Shown here: positions 1 through 9,198 of the stretch, one piece after another | Position numbering within the stretch: the stretch's first letter is position 1 | Layout of the letters: every line of letters begins with the position of its first letter | Source of the DNA: a virus | Taxonomy: Duplodnaviria > Caudoviricetes | Virus record (IMG/VR): IMGVR_UViG_3300033067_001671 | Span: 1 to 40,140 of that record | Reading direction: 5' to 3' (one strand) | Length of the DNA stretch: 40,140 bases | Translations under genes and position numbers: made by a program | Notes under the pieces: generated by a model | What the model saw: only the letters and a program-made list of their open reading frames with translations | Databases searched by the model: none | Told to the model about the DNA's origin: nothing

Positions 1-133
1 TCATTTACGATCGCCAAAAATTCATCAAGCTGGCGTTTGCAATCCTCTGCCTGGACTAATGCATTTTGAAGCGTTGACAGAGTTCTTAAAACTTTTGCCT
101 CTGCTCGTAACTTTTCGACAGGGTTTGAAGCTT
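1..133. repeat. Left copy of imperfect terminal direct repeat (circular-assembly overlap)
   Basis: Aligns ungapped with 40008-40140 at 123/133 nt; mismatches at 18,27,33,45,54,94,117,124,125,132. Confidence 0.95.
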
Positions 134-413
134 GTTCAAGCGCCTCCCATGCTTCAATCTGATCGGCTCTTGCTTCAAGAGCTGTACATTTATACTCGCG
201 CATTGTTTGAGCGCGTTGATACGCCTCGCGAATCGCTTGGTAATAACGCTGAGACTCGGTGATTTTGTCATGACCATCCGAAAGGGTTCCATACCGACAA
301 ACATGTTTTGTCATGCCGAAGGTCAGCTCTGTGTGAAGAAGCTTTTTGAACTCATCCGCTAATTCAACATGCTCAGAATCGGTAATTTTTAAAATCTTAT
401 CAAATTCGTTCAT
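1..413 (-). CDS. 5' part of ~242-aa helical hypothetical protein crossing the genome junction (possible fibre-associated protein or chaperone)
   Basis: ATG at 413 overlaps the stop of the 991-aa gene (ATGA). Reads MNEFDKILKITDSEHVELADEFKK...DCKRQLDEFLAIVNE open to base 1 and continues in frame into 39692-40007. Missing from the ORF track. Confidence 0.85.
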   Translation of the reverse strand, partial: MNEFDKILKITDSEHVELADEFKKLLHTELTFGMTKHVCRYGTLSDGHDKITESQRYYQAIREAYQRAQTMREYKCTALEARADQIEAWEALEQASNPVEKLRAEAKVLRTLSTLQNALVQAEDCKRQLDEFLAIVN

Positions 414-3385
414 ACAAAAGATGCAGCTCCCTGATAGCTGTTTGTAACCATCGAACTGATCGTCGCATAACTTGTTCCGTTGTAAACGTACACAGCGTTA
501 GTAGATGATCCTCCGCACACTACGGCTCGAGCCTGCGAAGTATTTCCGAAAGAACATTTCGCAATTGCGCCGCTTGCTACGGGAGTGGTTGAAGCTGCGA
601 AACTTCCACCGTTCCATCGAGATGCTACAGAGTTAGAAGTAATTCCATCAGCATGAAACGCCGTCCACGCAGAACGATCTGCGTTGTCGTTACACATCGC
701 AGACGCGGCCCCTACGTTTGTAATGTTAGTAGCTGTCGAAACTGTGTCAGCGGTGTTTCTTGTTTGGTGAACTTGTGTTGCAGTCCCCGCAGTGTTTCGT
801 CCGGCAGCACTTGATAAAATTCCAGCAATCTCAGCAGACCCACCAGATGAGAGAGCATCAGCCCATGCGGTTTGAGTTGACCATGCAGATCCGTTCCACG
901 CCTCACAAGTTGCAACGGCTGATCCCACCGTTCCGCCTGTAGTCACACCTTTTGCAGAATAATATTGGCGTTTCGCTCTAAAATTAATGTTTTGATTCCA
1001 GGTTTTAGCGGCCGAACGATTAGTAAACGTCGACCAACTCGCCCTGTTAAACTGTCTAGCCGCAAGCGTCGCAGTTTCACCCGTTGTGTTGTAATCAACT
1101 AACACATGATAGCCGTTGTAATTTGAATCACCATGCGATGAGCCTGACCCGTTGATCGTATCTGAGGTTCCAGCCACCCAAGAGGTTTGATTGTAAAGAT
1201 TTACAGCCCCACCGCCTGCGGTTGCATCAGATCCAGTTGATCCGTGTGAAACGACTCCAATACCTGCATTTGGATCATCGGTAACCGCAACAGTTTGTAG
1301 CTGTACCCATTTGCCCCACATGTGAACGTAAACTGAACCAGCTTTTGGATCAGAACCCCAAATGTCGCCGTTCTTAGGGTTTTGTGGTGTGTCTGATTGT
1401 GCGTAGACCGCCGGAGCTAATTCACCTTCACAACTTGCTTTGAACTCCTGGAGGTTCTTAACTTCTCCGTAAGGTCTTGTGAAATCAAACGCGTTTAAAA
1501 TGACTAAGCTTGCACGATTGGTCACTGTGACCGTGTGAAACCCTAAGGTCGCAACAGAGAACAGTTGATTAAGCGTTGCTCCAACAGTTGAGCCATTTAA
1601 AGCAATGGTCAAACTTGCCGATTGTTGTCCAATCAAAGCAAAGTCTTTACCAAAGTAACTTAAACTTAAAGCAGAGTTGGTGCTCGATCCCGTTGCGTAC
1701 ACCGCACCAGCAGCGCTTGAGGTCACACCGAAGGCCCAAGCCCCGGTTAAATAAAATTGATCAGCGTAAACGCGTTGATGTGTCCCTTGAGTCATGAGAG
1801 TCGCATTGACGGCACTCTTATTAATTTGAGAACCGTAAACATCAAACGAAGCAAGACGACCGAGCGTGATGCTCGAAGGAGGTGCTAACTCATAAAGATT
1901 TACAGACTTAATCAGCGTATTTAAAAAGCTCCCACCAGCTTGGAGCTTAAACATATTCCAGCCAGGCATTGCGTCACTGAAAACAGTTTGCTTAATCAGC
2001 CCTGTAACGCCTGCTTGTTGTGAAATGACTCCAACGCCATTGATTGAAAGCGTTGCATGAATTACGGCTGTAGCGCCTGGAAACACAGCATATTCAATCT
2101 CAGCCGCTTGGAAGTTTCCTTCAACTTGAAAAAATGCATTAGTAGTAGCGGGAAAAATCCCTCTATACCCGTCTATGCTTGAATTAATAAAGCTTTGGCC
2201 GTAAATCCTAAATCTGTTTTGTGGGTCTTGGTAATAATTTACGTTTTGAGAATTTTCAAAACTAAAAACGTTCATTGGAGTAAACGCAGAACCTAAATCA
2301 ATCGACGTTTTAAGTTGGTGAAGTGTTGCAGAAATTGCAACAGTTGGACCGTAAGCGTTGAACGCTTTAAAAATTGTTCCACTGATTCCCATTGGAAGAG
2401 TTGGAGACACAGTCAGTGTGTCAGTTGATTGATTCGTTACAAATCCTAGAAATAAACTCCCCCCGTTAGAATTAATAAATCCAACGCCCGAATTGATCGG
2501 GAAACTTGCTCCGGATCCCGTTGCAACCGTAACGGTGTTGAAGCCCGACGCTCCAAGAGCTGAAGCAGTTGGAGACGAGCGATCATTAGCTGATAGTGCA
2601 TAGCTGTTAAGCGAATTCTTGTAAGCAAGAACGTTCGCGCCGTTGTAATTCGTAAGCGTAGGAAGAGAAACGCCAGAACCTGAAATCGTTGTGTATTTGG
2701 TTTTTTCTAAATAAGTTGAGCCTGGAAAAAATTGAACAGTACTTGTCGAGTTTTCAAAGTAAACGCCAACACCCCAAACGTTAAGCGTCTGCGCATTTGG
2801 TGTTACAAGCTGATAGTTATGTAAGTCGTTCGTTTCTGCCGTTGTCGCATGAACTCCAGCCGCGTAAAAGTTTGCACCAGTTGAAAGATTTTGATTATCG
2901 CCAAAACTTACAGTCACGCCATTGGCTACGCCATCGACCTTGATTGTCGCTGTCTGAGTCGGTGAAACAGTTGGGTTAGTAAAGAAGTGAACGCGTCTGC
3001 CTGTTGTCGTCAAAGCGAAGTAATCGCCTTCAGATCTGAGATCAATCGACACTGCGTTAGGCATATTTCTCATCCGTGCATTGCCAACAACGTAGGCCGA
3101 AACGCTTGGAAAATTCTCCGTGAATACTACTTGATATGTTGGCTTGTTTTGCTGCCACTTCGTTCGGTCAGCAATCAAGATTAAATCTTTAACGAATAGA
3201 GTTTTATAACTGTAAACAGGGGCATCGTTGTTGCCCAAGAAATCAGAAAGAGGATTTTTTAAAATCGATGTCGATAGGCCTGTGTTATTAGTCGCAGGAG
3301 TTGAGAAATCTGAAAACGCATCGTTAACAAAATCTTGAGCGTTCTCACCTGCTCCGCCTTGGGGTTGAAAAAAAGTGTTCGACAT
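410..3385 (-). CDS. Large virion fibre/spike or adhesin, 991 aa, S/T/G/A-rich, with C-terminal kelch-like beta-propeller repeats
   Basis: Late operon after capsid genes; RBS AGAGGA; fibre-type motif QSDTPQNPKNGDIW; repeated YNQTSW/FNRASWS/WNGSAWS/WNGGSF/YNGTSY blades. Confidence 0.7.
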   Translation of the reverse strand: MSNTFFQPQGGAGENAQDFVNDAFSDFSTPATNNTGLSTSILKNPLSDFLGNNDAPVYSYKTLFVKDLILIADRTKWQQNKPTYQVVFTENFPSVSAYVVGNARMRNMPNAVSIDLRSEGDYFALTTTGRRVHFFTNPTVSPTQTATIKVDGVANGVTVSFGDNQNLSTGANFYAAGVHATTAETNDLHNYQLVTPNAQTLNVWGVGVYFENSTSTVQFFPGSTYLEKTKYTTISGSGVSLPTLTNYNGANVLAYKNSLNSYALSANDRSSPTASALGASGFNTVTVATGSGASFPINSGVGFINSNGGSLFLGFVTNQSTDTLTVSPTLPMGISGTIFKAFNAYGPTVAISATLHQLKTSIDLGSAFTPMNVFSFENSQNVNYYQDPQNRFRIYGQSFINSSIDGYRGIFPATTNAFFQVEGNFQAAEIEYAVFPGATAVIHATLSINGVGVISQQAGVTGLIKQTVFSDAMPGWNMFKLQAGGSFLNTLIKSVNLYELAPPSSITLGRLASFDVYGSQINKSAVNATLMTQGTHQRVYADQFYLTGAWAFGVTSSAAGAVYATGSSTNSALSLSYFGKDFALIGQQSASLTIALNGSTVGATLNQLFSVATLGFHTVTVTNRASLVILNAFDFTRPYGEVKNLQEFKASCEGELAPAVYAQSDTPQNPKNGDIWGSDPKAGSVYVHMWGKWVQLQTVAVTDDPNAGIGVVSHGSTGSDATAGGGAVNLYNQTSWVAGTSDTINGSGSSHGDSNYNGYHVLVDYNTTGETATLAARQFNRASWSTFTNRSAAKTWNQNINFRAKRQYYSAKGVTTGGTVGSAVATCEAWNGSAWSTQTAWADALSSGGSAEIAGILSSAAGRNTAGTATQVHQTRNTADTVSTATNITNVGAASAMCNDNADRSAWTAFHADGITSNSVASRWNGGSFAASTTPVASGAIAKCSFGNTSQARAVVCGGSSTNAVYVYNGTSYATISSMVTNSYQGAASFV

Positions 3386-3403
3386 CTTTTTATTTTCCTC
3401 TGG

Positions 3404-3436
3404 AAAAGACTGGGGGGCAAGTCACCCCACCCCCCA
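3404..3436 (-). terminator. Probable intrinsic terminator/attenuator after the capsid genes
   Basis: Minus strand TGGGGGGTGGG-GTGA-CTTGCCCCCCA: 11-bp stem with G.U pairs and a GNRA loop, then GTCTTTT. Confidence 0.65.
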
Positions 3437-3446
3437 AATCAACTAA

Positions 3447-3878
3447 TTAAACCGTAGCCCCGAAGTATGTAACTTGAGGTTGAGTTTTTTGGACGATGCA
3501 TTCAAACGCGCCCATATTCACTCCGGCATTGACTCTGAATTGTAAAAAGTCACCGCTCTGGAGCAGCAATAGGGTCGATCCTGCGGTCGTCAAGCTTACG
3601 CTCAACATGCCAGACACGCCGATTTGTGGAATTACAAACGACGCTCCAAGTCCGGAAATCGTTGTGAAACCACTTCCAGGAATGAATCTCGCTACTTCAA
3701 CAGATGACGAAGAAGTCGCAGACGATGTGACAGCTCCAACCGCAACCGCTGTTAGAACCGATGGGTATGGGATTGGACCGATCACGATTGTCGATCCAGA
3801 AATCAAGCTAGGTCCAAGATTGATCATGAACCTTTCTTTTTGCTCGTTGGCAGAAACGCTATTATTGACTATTGGCAT
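3447..3878 (-). CDS. Probable capsid decoration / minor head protein (beta-rich, 143 aa)
   Basis: Two genes after major capsid and upstream of the terminator; beta-strand pattern shared with the C-terminal domain of the 602-aa fibre. Confidence 0.55.
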   Translation of the reverse strand: MPIVNNSVSANEQKERFMINLGPSLISGSTIVIGPIPYPSVLTAVAVGAVTSSATSSSSVEVARFIPGSGFTTISGLGASFVIPQIGVSGMLSVSLTTAGSTLLLLQSGDFLQFRVNAGVNMGAFECIVQKTQPQVTYFGATV

Positions 3879-3884
3879 TTTAAA

Positions 3885-4355
3885 TTACCTTTCTTTAATG
3901 TTCTTTTTTTCTAATTCTTTGAATGATTGTTTTTTATCGACACCCGAAAAATTGTATTGATCAGCAATTTTTGAAACATCACGAGCGAAAGTTTCGGTAG
4001 CTTCATCAAAAATATTGGAGCGATCTTTCTTCAAAAGCTCATCGACTTTTTCATTATGTCGTTGAACTTTTTCTTCGATGTCTGAGGCTCTCCAATAATC
4101 TAAAGAAGTAATTCTCCGCATCAGTGGCTCAATCCCCCAATCAACCGGATACCCTTCAGGTTTCCAATTGTGTGTGAGTCTGCAAACAAAATGCGGCTCG
4201 TCGCTTGTGTATACAAAAGTGTTTCCATCGAAATAAAAATGGTCCGATCTCGTGATCTTTCTGTAAACGGCTAAGGCCCCTTGATCGTCGCGTTTAACGA
4301 AAAGTTTCGAGTCGTATTTTTTTAATTCTTTGGTTAATACAATTTCTCTACGCAT
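3885..4355 (-). CDS. Hypothetical head-region protein, 156 aa
   Basis: Tightly packed, co-oriented ORF directly after major capsid. Confidence 0.75.
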   Translation of the reverse strand: MRREIVLTKELKKYDSKLFVKRDDQGALAVYRKITRSDHFYFDGNTFVYTSDEPHFVCRLTHNWKPEGYPVDWGIEPLMRRITSLDYWRASDIEEKVQRHNEKVDELLKKDRSNIFDEATETFARDVSKIADQYNFSGVDKKQSFKELEKKNIKER

Positions 4356-4370
4356 CTAAAAACCCTTAAA

Positions 4371-5600
4371 TTACGGGGAAATATAGTTATAGATCGCAGA
4401 GCACGAACTAGGCTTCGTGTTGAACAAATTGTAGAAGTAACGCATACGCATTTCCCACGAATCTGTTTCAGGAATTGGAATCATTTGTGATCCGGTTTCC
4501 GTCGCCATTTCTAGTTCATTCAAAACGCACAATTTAAGAACGCCTTGAGGAATGAAGAAAATACGTTGCGGACAATCAGGATCGGCCATGATTTCAACGC
4601 CGTTTAGTGTGCCGTTGATTTTTTCTCGGTCGTACGCTTTTGCATCAAGATTTGCGCCGTCATTATAACGACGATCTGGTGTTAAGAGCTTCGTGTAGAA
4701 ACGAGAGGTATCGAAATCCATTAGAATTTTTTGATAAGCCCCTGGAGTTACTCCACCGCGTTTAATACCAGCTAAAAAAGCCACGTTGATGCCATCGATT
4801 GAAAGCTGTGCGCCGTTCATATTCAAAAGATTTGATTGATATGCTCGGTATAAGCTTCGGTCAATGTCATAGATCGAAGTAGTGTCTCCATTGATCGAAT
4901 AGGTAAGGCCTTGAGCCTCCATATTGTAGGAACCTTTTCGCACAATGTAATCACCACTTGATGCGGTGACAGCTTGATCAAGTGTTACGGTTGCAGTAGT
5001 AGAAAGAGGATTCGTTACAGCGGTGACAGTTGCGCCGTTGGCTTTGTAGACACCGGCACTCGATACAATATCGATTTCCATGTCCGGAAAAATGAATTTC
5101 CCCCCCTCCTCGCTCGTCCCTTCTCGTCCCTGGACGGATATCGAGTTACTTGCCACTGCCGCGGCGCTTAGGCGACCGAGATACCCGGTTCCATCCCAAG
5201 ACAAAACTCGGTTTTGTTCTTTGATGAAATCTTCGGTAGCACCCTCAACGGCGGTTTTTGCATAACGTACAAACGCGCCTTTATCATTTTTCGAAGCTGC
5301 AACAAGTCCGGAGGTTAAAGCGATACGGAACCAAGAAAATTTGTGGTCAACTTTCGCTTGTTTATGCAATGGCCTACCAATACTTGGGAGCACTCCACCG
5401 TCAGACCCAAATCCAGTGCCCTGAGCTCTCGCTAGCTTCAAAGGAAAATAAGTTGCTTCCCCTGAAACTGACATTTTTGTTTTTTCTGCGAACTTGTAGA
5501 CGAAACAATCTTTGTTCATCTGATCCAAGATCGGCGCTTCATAATTTCGTTTCAGCACGCCGCCAATTTCGTTGACGAGTGCCGCAATGTTATTAGACAT
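4371..5600 (-). CDS. Major capsid protein (HK97 fold, P22-coat-like), 409 aa
   Basis: Follows portal and scaffold; strong RBS TAGGAG; typical size and pattern (LKRNYE, FPLKL..QGTGF..DGG.LP, K...GAFV, GLT..I, ADPDCP). Confidence 0.85.
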   Translation of the reverse strand: MSNNIAALVNEIGGVLKRNYEAPILDQMNKDCFVYKFAEKTKMSVSGEATYFPLKLARAQGTGFGSDGGVLPSIGRPLHKQAKVDHKFSWFRIALTSGLVAASKNDKGAFVRYAKTAVEGATEDFIKEQNRVLSWDGTGYLGRLSAAAVASNSISVQGREGTSEEGGKFIFPDMEIDIVSSAGVYKANGATVTAVTNPLSTTATVTLDQAVTASSGDYIVRKGSYNMEAQGLTYSINGDTTSIYDIDRSLYRAYQSNLLNMNGAQLSIDGINVAFLAGIKRGGVTPGAYQKILMDFDTSRFYTKLLTPDRRYNDGANLDAKAYDREKINGTLNGVEIMADPDCPQRIFFIPQGVLKLCVLNELEMATETGSQMIPIPETDSWEMRMRYFYNLFNTKPSSCSAIYNYISP

Positions 5601-5618
5601 TTTTTAATCTCCTAATAA

Positions 5619-6512
5619 CTAAAGACTCACACCCAGTTCTCTCGCTAGATTTTCGCTTGCTTCCGATAGAGAAAAATTACGTTTCGTAGGCGAAGCAATC
5701 GAGCCGCCTGGTTTGACGTCTTTAGCTTGGTTGTTTAATGTTTTTGTTTTTTGAACGTTCTCTGAAAGCCATTGCTTTTTGAGCCCGTCTATTTCGTCAT
5801 GACTAAGTTTGTAGGCTTGTTCCCAAAGCTCTTTCGATGGGGGAGTGCCTTCACTTAGTGCTTGGTTAAGAATAGCTTGGACGACTTTTGGTTGAGCCGA
5901 TGGATATCGACTCTTGACCTCTGCTTCCCAGCTGCTCCACTCCGCTATTGTGGCCTGTTTCTCGCGCTCTAAAATTGATTCCCTTAGAGGGTTGATCGTT
6001 TTTTCTACGAGCGATTGAACTTTTTGCATCATCGCAGCTTCAGAAAATTGGTTTTCCTGAGGTGCGTACTCAGCTACAAATTGATGGAATTTATCTGGAT
6101 AAGTTTGCTTAAACTGATCAGCAAGATGCGGGTTTGCTTTAACGAGCGCTAAATCGTGTTGCAAATTATCCCAGTACTTTTGCTCGCCCTTTAAGCTTTC
6201 ATGCTCTTTTTTAATCGATGCAATTTCTTGAGTTTTGCGACGATAATCCGCATCTCGCATCATGTGCTTTTTCAGATCATCAAGCGTAAATTCTTTATCA
6301 TCGAGTTTGAATTTTTGATCTTTAACAAGTTCTTTTAGATCTAAAATCTTTTGTTCTTCTGGTGTGACAGCTTGAGCGGGCGCTTCAGTTTCTACTGGTG
6401 TAGTAGTTTCAACGGGTGATGTCTCAACAGGTTCAGGCGTGCTTACAGCTGACGGACCAGGAATTGAAGTTTCTAAATCCTTTAAAACGGATTCATCTGA
6501 TGGAAACTCCAT
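5619..6512 (-). CDS. Capsid scaffolding protein, 297 aa
   Basis: Acidic P/T/E-rich N-terminus, scaffold-type motif FTLDDLKK...DYRRKTQEIA, coiled coil, immediately upstream of MCP. Confidence 0.85.
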   Translation of the reverse strand: MEFPSDESVLKDLETSIPGPSAVSTPEPVETSPVETTTPVETEAPAQAVTPEEQKILDLKELVKDQKFKLDDKEFTLDDLKKHMMRDADYRRKTQEIASIKKEHESLKGEQKYWDNLQHDLALVKANPHLADQFKQTYPDKFHQFVAEYAPQENQFSEAAMMQKVQSLVEKTINPLRESILEREKQATIAEWSSWEAEVKSRYPSAQPKVVQAILNQALSEGTPPSKELWEQAYKLSHDEIDGLKKQWLSENVQKTKTLNNQAKDVKPGGSIASPTKRNFSLSEASENLARELGVSL

Positions 6513-6513
6513 A

Positions 6514-6690
6514 TTATTTCATGCCCTTCATAAGCTTCTCAGGCATCGACATGGGTTTTTCTTCTCCCATGTCTTCCATTTCAGGCGCTTCCATTTCTAC
6601 GGATAATTCTCCGCCTTCTGATGGCGTTAGCTTGAACGTCGCGCTTGCAAAATAATCACTGATCGCTTTTTTTAAAATTTCGTCTTTCAT
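6514..6690 (-). CDS. Small acidic Met-rich hypothetical protein, 58 aa (MKDEILKK...)
   Basis: ATG at 6690 overlaps the portal stop (ATGA), a better start than 6795 in the ORF track. Confidence 0.6.
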   Translation of the reverse strand: MKDEILKKAISDYFASATFKLTPSEGGELSVEMEAPEMEDMGEEKPMSMPEKLMKGMK

Positions 6691-8627
6691 AGACCTGACA
6701 TCTCTCCTTGAGGTTCTTGACTTAGTGGTTGTGGTTCCTCTGCAATGGGCGCAGGCGGAGCCTTGTGACTTGGTGGCATGACGGCTGTGACACACGCTTG
6801 CATCATCTCCATGACCATCATTTGAATTTGGGGGCTTAATTTTTCGTACTTATCGCCCAATCGGAAGGCGTCGAGCTCTCTTAACCAATATGCAGCGTCA
6901 TCGAATTCGGTTGGGTATGAAGGAACACCCTGTTCGATCTTGTCGATGATTTTTTTCATCTGCATTTCTTTTAAATTTTCTTTCTTCCATGCCTCTTGCA
7001 CATCGCCGTATTCGAGTAATGACAAAACATTTTCACGAACTTTTGTGTCTGCTGGATCGCCAAACAATCCTTGTGAAAAAATGTTTAAAATATCTTGGCG
7101 CTTCATGGCCGTGCTGTTTGGAAGTGTTGAGCCTCTTACAACTAAAACGTCGGTATTGTCTTTGATGTCTGCGCCGACAAAAGATTTGACCTGATACCCT
7201 TGATTAGATGCGAGCTTTAAGAGCCGTTCGTTTTGGATGTACTCTTGCGCAAACAAAAGAATCAACCGGCCGACCTTGGCCCAACTGTGTTCGTCTGCTT
7301 CCGTGACTAATCCGATACGTGTCGCGTCTGCTTCAAGTAGAATTTGCATTCCGACGCCTGAGATTGAAGAGCTTGGAATCTGTCCACGAGCAACGTCAGA
7401 GATGCCCATGATTTCGTATAAAGAATTCAAAAGCCTGTCTTCTTCCGTGTAAACAAACTGTGGAAGCATAGGGACAGGAATCGCCATCGGACGCCCACCG
7501 TCTGGAGCGTTTGGGACTGGATCATATTCCACGATTTCCGGCTGATCAGTCATCGCCTCTTGAGAAATTCCTGCACCTCGTGGAACGGAATATTTGCCTG
7601 CGATAAGAGCATTGATCCAAGTGTTTCGCTTGTTGATGAGAATATTGTATTGAGCCTGAACAGGAATCGCGTGAGTGACTACGGCTTCGCTGTAGTAGCG
7701 GCCCCCTACAATAATATCATCAAATTTCACTAGGGGCAGCTCGCCTATTGGAAGCGGTTTATTTTCTAGTAACACTCCGCCAGCTGTTACAACCATCCGC
7801 CCTTGAGGAAAATCTTTCGTGGGCATCTCGTAGAGAATTTTCTCTACTGCTGAATTTTTGACAGTGCCAGCAGATGAGCCCTTCGACGTCATCGAAGAAA
7901 TCCGCTCTTGATATTGAAGGCCCATAAGCGTTACGGGTTCCTCTTTTACGAGCGCGCCTTTTTCTCCGTAGGTCGAAACAAAATATGAAAGCGGTCTTAC
8001 TTTGATTTGAACCGCGTGCTGCATGTCTTCCATGCGCTTCGCAATCGGGTCAGGGTAAACCTCAAACGGTGAAAGGATTTCAATTCCAATGTCACCTTCT
8101 TTAACGATCTCTCCGGTCGTTGGATCTTGAAATTTTCGGCCTTTATCTGGGTTCCAAAACACTTTGACGTAAGAGTGGCCACATTGCTGTTTCCACATGT
8201 AAAGATCGATTCGTTTTCGATTTACGTTCTCGCTATCCCAATAGTGATCGATGATTTGAGAGGCTAATTCACACGCCTCTTTATCTTCGATGTCTGATGA
8301 GTTTGGACGAACTTCGTATTTGGGCGGAGTTTTGCACATTCGTGCCGTACGGTTTTGGAGCGCTGGTAAAATCCGATTCGTTTGAAGTGGTTGAGATCGT
8401 TGACCGCCAGCAAACACGTCGACATTTCGGTAATTCGCTAGGTCTGTAGACCACTTGAGATTCTGATAACCAAGCGTCCACGCAACATTTGTGTACCAAA
8501 TGGATTCATGAGAAATCCTGTTGTCAGCTTTTCGCGAATCGTCTAAACGCTGTTCAACAAGTGCGACTAGAGCTTTTTCGTCTGCTTCTACAAGTGAATT
8601 ATTTTGTGAAGGAAAATCATTTTCCAA
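6687..8627 (-). CDS. Portal protein (P22-like), 646 aa
   Basis: Size and position between TerL nuclease and scaffold; portal-type motifs NRILP, YEVRP...D...A, G..YVKVFW, SPFEVYPDP, G.SDVARG...SG; TTG start. Confidence 0.9.
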   Translation of the reverse strand: MENDFPSQNNSLVEADEKALVALVEQRLDDSRKADNRISHESIWYTNVAWTLGYQNLKWSTDLANYRNVDVFAGGQRSQPLQTNRILPALQNRTARMCKTPPKYEVRPNSSDIEDKEACELASQIIDHYWDSENVNRKRIDLYMWKQQCGHSYVKVFWNPDKGRKFQDPTTGEIVKEGDIGIEILSPFEVYPDPIAKRMEDMQHAVQIKVRPLSYFVSTYGEKGALVKEEPVTLMGLQYQERISSMTSKGSSAGTVKNSAVEKILYEMPTKDFPQGRMVVTAGGVLLENKPLPIGELPLVKFDDIIVGGRYYSEAVVTHAIPVQAQYNILINKRNTWINALIAGKYSVPRGAGISQEAMTDQPEIVEYDPVPNAPDGGRPMAIPVPMLPQFVYTEEDRLLNSLYEIMGISDVARGQIPSSSISGVGMQILLEADATRIGLVTEADEHSWAKVGRLILLFAQEYIQNERLLKLASNQGYQVKSFVGADIKDNTDVLVVRGSTLPNSTAMKRQDILNIFSQGLFGDPADTKVRENVLSLLEYGDVQEAWKKENLKEMQMKKIIDKIEQGVPSYPTEFDDAAYWLRELDAFRLGDKYEKLSPQIQMMVMEMMQACVTAVMPPSHKAPPAPIAEEPQPLSQEPQGEMSGL

Positions 8628-8653
8628 TCATTCATCTTCCATAACTCCTTAAT

Positions 8654-8860
8654 TCAAATTATTTGCATCGAGGCAGAGGTATCCTCAAAAAACTCTTCCT
8701 GAGTTACTTTGGGGGCCTTTGGTTCTCTTGGCTTCAGTGTACTTGAAATTTGATAATCGTAATAGGATCGGCTCATCAGTTTATTAACGAGCATTTGCAC
8801 CTGTCTCGCCCAGTACACTTGTTGGGCTAACACTATGCACAAAAGAACAATCTCGATCAT
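8654..8860 (-). CDS. Small single-TM hypothetical protein, 68 aa
   Basis: Hydrophobic N-terminus; ATGA coupling to upstream gene. Confidence 0.65.
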   Translation of the reverse strand: MIEIVLLCIVLAQQVYWARQVQMLVNKLMSRSYYDYQISSTLKPREPKAPKVTQEEFFEDTSASMQII

Positions 8861-9198
8861 CTGCCTGACCCTTCAAAGTTCCATTTTCCACCGTGTAGTT
8901 TTTCATCAAGCGTAATCGCTTCATACTGCTCAGTTGTTTCTCTCGTTCCAGCTTTGTAAACTCTGACGCCTTTGTAATCGAAGTAAGAAGATGGACCAAG
9001 CTCGCCACGAGTGTAGAAGTCGATCACTTCATCCGTTGCTTCAACGAAATCAAAACCATCTCGCTGGGCTTTGAATAATCTTAATTCAAAATTTGAAGGA
9101 GTTTCGTCTGGAATGGCCTTGGTGTAATCAATAACCGTCTTGGTCACCTTGGTTCCGACTTCGGTTTTTTTTGATGTTGTCGATGTAGTGTCGTTCAT
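8857..9198 (-). CDS. Hypothetical protein, 113 aa
   Basis: RBS AGGAG upstream; co-oriented in packaging region. Confidence 0.7.
   Translation of the reverse strand: MNDTTSTTSKKTEVGTKVTKTVIDYTKAIPDETPSNFELRLFKAQRDGFDFVEATDEVIDFYTRGELGPSSYFDYKGVRVYKAGTRETTEQYEAITLDEKLHGGKWNFEGSGR

Noticed and set aside
1-133. Diversity-generating retroelement TR/VR pair (1-133 versus 40008-40140)
   Set aside because: Mismatches are not adenine-specific in one copy, are mostly synonymous, and no reverse transcriptase is present
4356-4385. Programmed frameshift or readthrough extending the major capsid protein
   Set aside because: Ends ATT TCC CCG TAA with no canonical slippery heptamer; a second in-frame stop follows within five codons
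8625-8645. Stop-codon reassignment (in-frame TGA before portal)
   Set aside because: TGA, TAG and TAA all terminate well-defined genes elsewhere (many ATGA overlaps) and long genes are uninterrupted in the standard code
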